From a virus (Duplodnaviria > Caudoviricetes), in the IMG/VR virus record IMGVR_UViG_3300005805_000226, positions 1-36,531 of that record: DNA of 36,531 bases; one strand, given 5' to 3'. Positions 1 to 6,898 of this stretch are shown here, one piece after another; positions within the stretch are counted from its first letter, which is position 1; each line of letters starts with the position of its first letter. The notes under the pieces were generated by a model. That model was not told the origin of the DNA. It made no database searches and saw nothing but the letters and a program-made list of their open reading frames with translations. The translations under genes and the position numbers were made by a program.

Positions 1-217
1 GTTGAGGAGTGCCAGGAATGTTAATATTAGTTCCAGTCACAGTGTATGATGTGCCAGTTGTATATTCAACTTGACGTATTGTTTCTATAACTTTTGTGGT
101 TGATTCTGTTGTTGCGTTAATAGTACCTCTGGTAAAATTAGGCACAACACTTTCAGCATAAACGGGAGTACAAATGACTCCCGCTGCTAAAAGCAAAGCG
201 GGAGTTAAATGTTTCAT
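1..217 (-). CDS. Secreted hypothetical protein, partial (runs off the window start)
   Basis: Not in the ORF track. Minus-strand ATG at 217 overlaps the TGA of the 214..675 gene (ATGA). Reads MKHLTPALLLAAGVICTPVYA-ESVVPNFTRG..., with a signal-peptide-like N-terminus, and stays open to position 1. Confidence 0.8.
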   Translation of the reverse strand, partial: MKHLTPALLLAAGVICTPVYAESVVPNFTRGTINATTESTTKVIETIRQVEYTTGTSYTVTGTNINIPGTPQ

Positions 218-675
218 TTGAATACGCTTAACTCAATAGATCTTTGAGCTGTTGCAGTAGTACCAGCACCACCAGCAGTAACTGTAGGAACACCAGTTGG
301 GGAAAGAGTACCTGCAAGAGTTCCTTTTTCGCCACCAACTTGAGTTACACTATCTCCGTAGAGATTAGGTGTTCCAATTGCACCGTTGGTAACTGTTTGA
401 GTATTAACTGGAGTATCAGCGGCATTGAAACTTTCTGAGAAAGTAAATGCTTGACCTGGAGTATTGATATCATAGGTTCCAGCACCACCTACACCACCAA
501 AAGATGTAGACTGAATATTGGTTCCTGACGCTGAATATGAAGCACCGATTCGTGTTGATTGAACTGCAGCACCATCAACTTTCAATTGTACGGAGTCAGT
601 GATTCTTGATGTAATTTCAGCAGCATTAACTGGGATTGCGAAGAATAACGAAAAGGCTAGTAGAAGTCTTTTCAT
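214..675 (-). CDS. Secreted hypothetical protein, Gly/Thr/Ser-rich
   Basis: 153 aa with a Sec-type signal peptide (MKRLLLAFSLFFAIPVNA). Late-promoter-like CTAAATA on the minus strand near 707-713. Confidence 0.8.
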   Translation of the reverse strand: MKRLLLAFSLFFAIPVNAAEITSRITDSVQLKVDGAAVQSTRIGASYSASGTNIQSTSFGGVGGAGTYDINTPGQAFTFSESFNAADTPVNTQTVTNGAIGTPNLYGDSVTQVGGEKGTLAGTLSPTGVPTVTAGGAGTTATAQRSIELSVFK

Positions 676-723
676 CTTTCTTATTTTTGTGAATAAACAC
701 TAGAAGTATTTAGTAAGGAGGGC

Positions 724-757
724 TTGACACCTGAGACGAGGGGTGCTATGATAAATA
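724..757 (+). promoter_or_regulatory. Sigma70-type promoter of psbA with an overlapping late-like box
   Basis: TTGACA 724-729, 17-nt spacer, TG extension 744-745, TATGAT 747-752; GATAAATA 750-757. Confidence 0.8.
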
Positions 758-804
758 GGTAAACAAATGTTACGGAACTTAAACATTCCTTTAACATTGT
801 CTTT

Positions 805-903
805 CCTGCCGTTTGACCGAGACTAGGCAGGGTTACCAATCCGTCTCTCATATCCAGTCTTAGGGTGACTGGAGCATAGTATCTCCACCATTTCCCTGAT
901 GGT
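805..903 (+). ncRNA. Structured psbA 5' leader, probably PhotoRC-II-like
   Basis: Three hairpins: CCTGCC 805-810/GGCAGG 826-831, TCCAGTC 853-859/GACTGGA 867-873, ACCAT 887-891/ATGGT 899-903. The position upstream of phage psbA fits PhotoRC motifs; the family assignment was not tested. Confidence 0.6.
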
Positions 904-923
904 CTTACTAACTGCTTAAAAAA

Positions 924-2928
924 ATGACTGCTACAATTTCACAACAAAAACAACTGAATAATTGGGAACAATTCTGCAACTGGGTAACTTCAACCGATAA
1001 TCGTCTTTATGTCGGTTGGTTTGGAGTTCTTATGATTCCTTGCCTGCTTGCTGCTACGACTTGTTTCATCATCGCCTTTATTGGCGCACCTCCCGTAGAC
1101 ATACTGCTTTAATCTGTGTCCTTCATCCGTAAGGGTGATGTTAAAACTGGGTGAATTGCTGGAAACCGAAAGGCAATCAGCAGCCAAGCCTTAGGTACAC
1201 CTAAGGAAGGTTCAGAGACTACCTGAGGAGTTGAGTCTCCTTAATAACAGGCTAGAGTGCCCAGCCCCTTTAATAACTTATAAAGGGTGAAGATATAGTC
1301 CAAATCTCACAGTTGACTTTTTCTTGCTAATGCTGTATAAATAATACAGAAGACGCAAGAGTAAAATGTTAAACTTAACTGAAACCGAAGTTGCTTGGAT
1401 TGCAGGAATTTTAGAAGGTGAAGGGTACTTTGGAATAGATAATCGTTCCAAAGACCGTTATGAAGTTTCTAATACTCCACCATCACCTTTTATTAAAGTT
1501 TCTATGGTAGATGAAGATATTATCCAAAGGTTGAGTAAACTTTTAGATAAATCTTATTTCTCACCATCAAGGAAAACTGTAAAAGATAAACAAGTTTATA
1601 CACTTCACATTGGAGAAAAAGAAAAGGTTCTATTCATTCTGCAAAAAATACTTCCCTATATGGGAGTAAGACGAAAAGAAAGAATAACCGAATGTATTTC
1701 TCATCTACAAACTTGGAAAGAGTGGGTAGAAAATGGTGGAAGAGTAGAAAACGCAAAACGAGCAAATCAAATCGGTCAACTGAAACGGTCTAAGTCGCAA
1801 GATATGACTGTCTTACTGGGATAAGAGACGGGATTCGTGAACCAGTTGCTGGTTCGCTTATGTATGGAAACAACATCATCTCTGGTGCTGTTGTTCCAAG
1901 TTCAAATGCTATAGGACTGCATCTGTACCCGATTTGGGAAGCTGCTTCCCTAGATGAGTGGCTCTACAACGGTGGTCCTTTCCAACTCGTTGTATTCCAC
2001 TTCCTCATCGGCATCTATTGCTATATGGGTCGTGAGTGGGAACTTTCCTACCGTCTTGGTATGCGTCCTTGGATTATGGTTGCTTACAGCGCACCTGTTG
2101 CTGCTGCTTCTGCTGTGTTCCTGGTCTATCCTTTTGGTCAGGGTTCCTTCTCTGATGCGATGCCTCTGGGTATCTCTGGTACTTTCAACTATATGCTTGT
2201 GTTCCAGGCAGAACATAACATCCTGATGCACCCCTTCCACATGCTGGGCGTCGCAGGAGTTTTCGGTGGTTCTCTGTTCAGTGCTATGCACGGTTCTCTA
2301 GTTACTTCCTCACTGGTTCGTGAAACCACTGAGAACGAGTCACAGAACTATGGTTACAAGTTCGGTCAAGAAGAAGAGACTTACAACATTGTTGCTGCTC
2401 ACGGTTATTTTGGACGCCTTATTTTCCAATATGCTTCGTTCAATAACTCACGTTCACTGCACTTCTTCCTTGCTGCTTGGCCTGTTGTCGGTATCTGGTT
2501 TACTGCCTTGGGCGTATCAACAATGGCGTTCAACCTCAACGGGTTCAACTTCAACCAGTCTATCCAGGATAGTCAGGGTCATGTGATTAACACTTGGGCT
2601 GATGTTCTGAACCGTGCTGGTCTGGGAATGGAGGTAATGCACGAGCGTTTTGTGAACGCATGGCGCTCGTTAAATCGGATGAATTGCTGGAACTCTCTTG
2701 TAGACAATCAGCAGCCAAGCCTTGCAAGCGTGTAAGGAAGGTTCAGAGACTAGGCGGTGGATGACGCTTCATCCGTAATACGCCACTAGCGTCCGACACC
2801 AGAAATGGTGATGATATAGTCCTTGCCCCTGGCGACAGTGGGATTTCAAGAATGCACACAACTTTCCTTTGGATTTAGCATCAGTTGAAGCAACACCAGT
2901 TGCCTTGACTGCTCCAACCATCGGATGA
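924..2928 (+). CDS. psbA: Photosystem II D1 protein; exons 924-1102, 1826-2648, 2851-2928 (359 aa)
   Basis: Joining the exons restores ...APPVDI-DGIREPV... and ...[16 protein letters not shown]..., 1080 nt in total. E130 (MGREWEL) is the high-light-type residue. A 15-aa extension follows A344. Confidence 0.98.
1336..1343 (+). promoter_or_regulatory. T4-type late promoter for the intron ORF
   Basis: Exact TATAAATA, 22 nt upstream of ATG 1366. Confidence 0.8.
1366..1824 (+). CDS. Intron-encoded single-motif LAGLIDADG homing endonuclease
   Basis: N-terminal helix motif [10 protein letters not shown], followed by [11 protein letters not shown] and VYTLHI...ILPYM, typical of the LAGLIDADG fold. 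Lies after S (P9 region). Stop TAA 1822-1824 abuts the terminal G. Confidence 0.88.
   Translation: MLNLTETEVAWIAGILEGEGYFGIDNRSKDRYEVSNTPPSPFIKVSMVDEDIIQRLSKLLDKSYFSPSRKTVKDKQVYTLHIGEKEKVLFILQKILPYMGVRRKERITECISHLQTWKEWVENGGRVENAKRANQIGQLKRSKSQDMTVLLG
2649..2850 (+). mobile_element. Group I intron 2 of psbA (202 nt, no ORF, between R334 and N335)
   Basis: P1 ACGAGCGU 2641-2648/GCGCUCGU 2663-2670 with a U.G pair. P 2682-2692, Q 2706-2714, R 2741-2752, S ATGATATAGTCC 2811-2822. P3 TCGGAT 2675-2680/GTCCGA 2791-2796. Terminal G2850. Confidence 0.95.
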
Positions 2929-2939
2929 TATAATAAGGG

Positions 2940-2964
2940 GGAACTCTTCGGAGTTCCTTTTTTT
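2940..2964 (+). terminator. Rho-independent terminator of psbA
   Basis: GGAACTC-TTCG-GAGTTCC followed by a T-run. Confidence 0.9.
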
Positions 2965-2971
2965 ATAAATA
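2964..2971 (+). promoter_or_regulatory. T4-type late promoter
   Basis: TATAAATA fused to the terminator T-run, upstream of ATG 2995. Confidence 0.8.
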
Positions 2972-2994
2972 GTTATGCACGAAAGAAAACACGA

Positions 2995-3423
2995 ATGACT
3001 AAACTATACTCCGAACTTTATAGAACTTGTATGACCTGCGGTAAAGAAAAACTTGCTACGGATTTTTACGTGAGGAATAAAGTGTCTATGGTTCGTCATT
3101 CTTCTTGTAAAGAGTGCGATAAGGTGAGAGTTAAAAAAAGACATCAAGATAATCCTGAACGCACAAGAAACAATGACCTAAAAAGGAATTATGGTATAAC
3201 ACTTCAAGAACATCAGCAAATGTTTGATGAACAAAAAGGAGTTTGTGCCATTTGTAAAGGTGAAGGTGATGGTAAATGGAAAAAACTTTGTGTAGACCAC
3301 GACCATAAAACTGGAAAGGTTCGTCAATTGCTTTGTAGAAATTGTAATATGGTATTAGGTCAGGTAGGAGACAACACAAATCTTCTGGAAGAAATGATTA
3401 AATACCTACAAAAGCACCAATAA
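2995..3423 (+). CDS. Free-standing Endo VII-family homing endonuclease (F-CphI-like)
   Basis: CxxC pairs and CAIC...LCVDHDHKTGKVRQLLCRNCNMVLG (Endo VII motif). Immediately downstream of psbA, as F-CphI is in S-PM2. Confidence 0.88.
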   Translation: MTKLYSELYRTCMTCGKEKLATDFYVRNKVSMVRHSSCKECDKVRVKKRHQDNPERTRNNDLKRNYGITLQEHQQMFDEQKGVCAICKGEGDGKWKKLCVDHDHKTGKVRQLLCRNCNMVLGQVGDNTNLLEEMIKYLQKHQ

Positions 3424-3424
3424 A

Positions 3425-3499
3425 ATGCTCCTCACCCTCCTCCTCTTCCAACTCTTCGGTCTCTTCCTTTTCATAATATCAGTTCTACAAGACTTATGA
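3425..3499 (+). CDS. Putative 24-aa hydrophobic microprotein
   Basis: MLLTLLLFQLFGLFLFIISVLQDL; starts 1 nt after the previous stop and overlaps the next ORF by ATGA. Confidence 0.45.
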   Translation: MLLTLLLFQLFGLFLFIISVLQDL

Positions 3500-3618
3500 T
3501 ATCTTCTACGACCACAGACAAACTCGCAGAAATCATCAGAGATACTTGGCCAGGACTTTACAGACCACCAGTAAAGACTTATAATAATCAAAAGACTTCA
3601 AAGAATGAAAAAGTATAA
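3496..3618 (+). CDS. Putative 40-aa protein
   Basis: MISSTTTDKLAEIIRDTWPGLYRPPVKTYNNQKTSKNEKV; overlaps both neighbours. Confidence 0.5.
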   Translation: MISSTTTDKLAEIIRDTWPGLYRPPVKTYNNQKTSKNEKV

Positions 3619-3913
3619 TGAAGAGTACTTCACAGTAAGAGAAAGAAGAACTCATAAAAAAATTTGTGATTGTGGTAGTTTTGAAGATGCAAGAATGATG
3701 ATGCATCTGGATGGACCAAATCGTGAAATTGTAAAAAACAAAGCACTGATGAGTCCAGTTGTGGATGTTGAAATGCCAAAGGCACTACCCACTACAAATA
3801 TCACCGCAACAAATACACAGGAGAATGGTTGTGCTCCAAGAAAAGAACAACTATTAGATGCAGGAATTTTAAGACTTCCAAAAGATCAAAGGATTCCAGT
3901 TAATGCTAAATAA
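3605..3913 (+). CDS. Hypothetical protein
   Basis: 102-aa ORF in the operon direction. Confidence 0.7.
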   Translation: MKKYNEEYFTVRERRTHKKICDCGSFEDARMMMHLDGPNREIVKNKALMSPVVDVEMPKALPTTNITATNTQENGCAPRKEQLLDAGILRLPKDQRIPVNAK

Positions 3914-3933
3914 CTTTCAGTTTTATTCTAACT

Positions 3934-4170
3934 ATGAAATTTACAGTTTATTCAAAAGACGGTTGCCCATATTGCACGAAAGTTCAACAAGTGCTAGAGT
4001 TGACGCAGCTACAACATGTAGTTTATAAGTTAAATACTGATTTTACTCGTGATGAGTTTTATGCTGAGTTTGGTGAAGGTTCTACTTTTCCCCAAGTGAT
4101 TGTTAATGATCAACACATTGGTGGATGCACCGATACTGTTCAATACCTTAAGGAGCAAAATCTAGTTTAA
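3934..4170 (+). CDS. grx: Glutaredoxin
   Basis: CPYC active site, TFPQV and IGG motifs. Confidence 0.95.
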   Translation: MKFTVYSKDGCPYCTKVQQVLELTQLQHVVYKLNTDFTRDEFYAEFGEGSTFPQVIVNDQHIGGCTDTVQYLKEQNLV

Positions 4171-4529
4171 TGGAAAACACCATTCACGAAGTTTATAATG
4201 ATGTTGAAAAAGCAATTGATTATGCTTTTAATGGACAATTTGTTTTAAAGTTTTATGATTATTTGAAAGTTCGTGGAACTAAAAGAGTAGAAGTTGAGCA
4301 GTTCATTGAAAGTGCTACTGCTAGCGAAATCAGCAATCTTGTAATGGATTTAGATGATTATCTTGAAGGTGGTGCTGATGAAGTTCATAAACAACTTCGT
4401 GAGGGTTATGGGCATATTCCAAAACCACAGGCAAGAAAAATAAGAAATTACCTTTACGGTATTCTTGAAGACGCATGGAAATATAGTCATGATAGACGAC
4501 CAGGAAGGCGGAAGAAGAAAACTAAATAA
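4170..4529 (+). CDS. Hypothetical cyanophage protein
   Basis: 119 aa, TAATG-coupled to grx. Confidence 0.8.
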   Translation: MENTIHEVYNDVEKAIDYAFNGQFVLKFYDYLKVRGTKRVEVEQFIESATASEISNLVMDLDDYLEGGADEVHKQLREGYGHIPKPQARKIRNYLYGILEDAWKYSHDRRPGRRKKKTK

Positions 4530-4695
4530 ATCAGAACCACAAATTAATCGTGGTGTTGAATTATTACTTAGGAATAAACGGAGGAGAGAATCAAAACCAA
4601 AGACTTTTCAAGTGAAGTTTGGTAAGATGATCTCTCTTTTCCGCAGAGAGTATCACTTCTTTATAGAATTTCATTTTGATGTTAGGAAAAAATAA
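4489..4695 (+). CDS. Hypothetical basic protein (start uncertain)
   Basis: Fills the gap between neighbours; first ATG at 4489. Confidence 0.6.
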   Translation: MIDDQEGGRRKLNKSEPQINRGVELLLRNKRRRESKPKTFQVKFGKMISLFRREYHFFIEFHFDVRKK

Positions 4696-4713
4696 ACTCT
4701 CTGGAGAAAACAA

Positions 4714-4947
4714 ATGGAAACAGCATATGTAATAACATTCACTGTAATGTTTACCTTGCTCTTTTTTATGGTAGGTAGTATAATTGGATGGCTAACTTAC
4801 AGACATTTGTTGGAATCAAAACCTCCTTATTTGCATCCAGAGTTTTTTGATGAAAATGGTCAGGTAATACCCGACGAAATAGTATCAGTACGATTTGAAA
4901 ACGATTACGATTATGACTACGACGAAGACGAGGAAGAAATCGACTGA
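4714..4947 (+). CDS. Small membrane protein
   Basis: N-terminal TM helix, acidic tail, GGAG RBS. Confidence 0.8.
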   Translation: METAYVITFTVMFTLLFFMVGSIIGWLTYRHLLESKPPYLHPEFFDENGQVIPDEIVSVRFENDYDYDYDEDEEEID

Positions 4948-5482
4948 AAGTTCAGTTGACACTCTTCCAACAAATCCTTTTGTTTTCGAAATTCTAGAAC
5001 TTGCTTCTAAACAAAGAAGCAATGTTAAAAAAGTAGAAGTTTTAAAAACATATGAACACGATTCTTTGAAATCGATTTTTATTTGGAATTTTGATGAGAC
5101 TGTTATTTCTCTTCTACCAGAAGGAGATGTTCCATATTCTGATGCTAATGATCAGACAGTTTACTCTGGAACTCTTTCTGAAAACATCACAAAAGAAATT
5201 GATGGTGGACAATCTGCTACTGGACAAGATTTAGATGGTAGAGGTAGAACTTCTCTTCGAAGAGAATATCAAAATCTTTACCATTATGTCCAAGGTGGTA
5301 ACAATGGTCTCTCCACAATTCGTAGGGAGATGATGTTTATTAATTTATTGCAAGGTCTTCATCCGAAAGAAGCAGAGGTATTAATTCTTACAAAGGATAA
5401 AAAACTTACTGATAAATACAAAATAACCCTGGAAAATATTAAGGAGGCTTATCCTGATATTACTTGGGGTGGTCGCTCATGA
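4913..5482 (+). CDS. Hypothetical T4-like phage protein
   Basis: Long ORF; ATG 4913 preferred over TTG 4895. Confidence 0.8.
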   Translation: MTTTKTRKKSTESSVDTLPTNPFVFEILELASKQRSNVKKVEVLKTYEHDSLKSIFIWNFDETVISLLPEGDVPYSDANDQTVYSGTLSENITKEIDGGQSATGQDLDGRGRTSLRREYQNLYHYVQGGNNGLSTIRREMMFINLLQGLHPKEAEVLILTKDKKLTDKYKITLENIKEAYPDITWGGRS

Positions 5483-5814
5483 CAGTAACAGTAAGTGTGG
5501 AGAAAAATATGGCAGATATTGGAAGAGAAGAAAAGAATATTCTGCCATTTAAATATGGATGTGAGATTCTTTTAGAAAGGACAACCTTAGAGAAAGCAAA
5601 AGATACTTCTTTTCCAAATGACGCTTACTTAATTTGGTATACTATCGATGAGACTCAATATATTGATTTAACAAGAGGAACCAGGGTTCGTATTTTTGAT
5701 ATGTATTATGATAAATATGGTCCTAGTTCGATTCAAAAAATTGATTTTGGATACGGAAGATGCAATCCAAAACTTTGGGGATATAAACAACCAGAAAAGA
5801 AGAAAAGAAAATGA
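5479..5814 (+). CDS. Hypothetical protein
   Basis: ATGA overlap with the upstream stop. Confidence 0.75.
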   Translation: MTVTVSVEKNMADIGREEKNILPFKYGCEILLERTTLEKAKDTSFPNDAYLIWYTIDETQYIDLTRGTRVRIFDMYYDKYGPSSIQKIDFGYGRCNPKLWGYKQPEKKKRK

Positions 5815-5993
5815 GCGAAGGATTTAGTGAAGAACAGATTGATGTAGCAATCAACAAGAATGAAGTTCAAAAAGTTTTAAAAAAATATAAGAAAATTAAA
5901 AAGTATATGAAGTCTCCTCTATTTGCTATCAAAATGATCGATGGTACAGAGACTATTGTGACAGAATTACTTAAAGATGTAGAGGAGAGTTAA
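5811..5993 (+). CDS. Hypothetical protein
   Basis: 60 aa, ATGA overlap. Confidence 0.7.
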   Translation: MSEGFSEEQIDVAINKNEVQKVLKKYKKIKKYMKSPLFAIKMIDGTETIVTELLKDVEES

Positions 5994-5999
5994 TGATAA

Positions 6000-6326
6000 A
6001 TGGGAAAGCATTATTTACTTAATCTATATGGATGTTCATTCATTCTTTTGAATGATGAGAAGTGTCTTATAGACCTATTAGAAAATGCTGCAGTATCTAG
6101 TGGTGCTACTGTGATTCAAACCATCTCTAAGAAGTTTGAACCACAGGGAGTTACTGTAATTTGTTTGTTATCTGAAAGTCATATTAGTATCCATACATGG
6201 CCAGAAGAAGGTAAAGCAGCAGTAGATGTATATACTTGTGGAGATTGTAATCCTAAGATCGGATGTGATATTATCATTCAACAACTTTTTGCTCAAAATC
6301 ATACTTTAAGTTACATAGAACGATAG
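6000..6326 (+). CDS. speD: S-adenosylmethionine decarboxylase proenzyme family
   Basis: GKH...LYGC, FEPQGVT, LLSESHISIHTWPE (E-S self-cleavage site), DVYTCG. Confidence 0.93.
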   Translation: MGKHYLLNLYGCSFILLNDEKCLIDLLENAAVSSGATVIQTISKKFEPQGVTVICLLSESHISIHTWPEEGKAAVDVYTCGDCNPKIGCDIIIQQLFAQNHTLSYIER

Positions 6327-6376
6327 TCGCATATATAGTTTGATTAGGAGTATAGTAATCTCCTACAGTTCATCCT

Positions 6377-6580
6377 ATGTCTAAAGCACTTCTGCTTTTA
6401 GCATGGGTTCCTTTCCTCTTTGTTTCAGCGCCACAAGTATCCAGTATCCAACAGGTTTCTGTTTCTTGTGACACCGCGATGGAACTAATGGACATCGTTA
6501 AAAACGACGATGTAGTTATTCAAAAAATAGAGGACCGACTATTATTAGAACTCCGAAAGGATTTCATAGTGAAGTGTTAA
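6377..6580 (+). CDS. Small secreted or membrane hypothetical protein
   Basis: 67 aa, hydrophobic N-terminus. Confidence 0.65.
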   Translation: MSKALLLLAWVPFLFVSAPQVSSIQQVSVSCDTAMELMDIVKNDDVVIQKIEDRLLLELRKDFIVKC

Positions 6581-6592
6581 AAACTAATCAGC

Positions 6593-6623
6593 AAGAGGTG
6601 GACTTGACTCCACCTCTTTTTTT
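6593..6623 (+). terminator. Rho-independent terminator
   Basis: AAGAGGTGGA-cttgac-TCCACCTCTT followed by a T-run. Confidence 0.85.
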
Positions 6624-6632
6624 ATGTATAAT
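6604..6632 (+). promoter_or_regulatory. Sigma70-type promoter overlapping the terminator
   Basis: TTGACT 6604-6609, 17 nt, TATAAT 6627-6632. Confidence 0.75.
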
Positions 6633-6655
6633 TACCTTTGTCAGGGTTAATAAAG

Positions 6656-6898
6656 ATGGATAGAGAAAAACTTAAATTAATAGTTCAAAACCTTGAATCT
6701 CTGGTAGAATGTTTAAAGTCAGAGATTTATTCTGATATAGATTCGTATAAATTAAATTACGAAGAAGTGATGCCTTATATTAATGATTATGATGAAGTAT
6801 TTTATGATGGAGACGATGATGACTATGACGATGGTGTGATTAATCGTATAAATAAATCATACCAATTAATCAACGATGATGATGGAGACGGACTTTAA
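6656..6898 (+). CDS. Hypothetical acidic protein
   Basis: ATG 6656 lies downstream of the promoter; Asp-rich C-terminus. Confidence 0.75.
   Translation: MDREKLKLIVQNLESLVECLKSEIYSDIDSYKLNYEEVMPYINDYDEVFYDGDDDDYDDGVINRINKSYQLINDDDGDGL
6847..6854 (+). promoter_or_regulatory. T4-type late promoter
   Basis: TATAAATA 21 nt upstream of ATG 6876. Confidence 0.7.

Larger units (their letters stand above)
1103..1825 (+). mobile_element. Group I intron 1 of psbA (723 nt, IA-like, inside Ile60 codon, carries an ORF)
   Basis: 5' exon ends in U1102 and the intron ends in G1825. P1 GACAU/GUGUC (1116-1120) with a U.G pair. P AATTGCTGGAAA 1154-1165, Q AATCAGCAG 1175-1183, R GTTCAGAGACTA 1210-1221, S AAGATATAGTCC 1290-1301. 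P3 CTGGGT 1147-1152/GCCCAG 1259-1264. Confidence 0.95.

Noticed and set aside
924-1112. 62-aa psbA fragment read as a pseudogene
   Set aside because: It is exon 1; splicing restores a full-length D1.
1860-2735. 291-aa ORF as a stand-alone truncated D1
   Set aside because: It is most of exon 2 plus read-through into intron 2; the missing ends are in exons 1 and 3.
6780-6890. GAT/GAC-rich quasi-repeat
   Set aside because: Explained by an Asp-rich coding tail.
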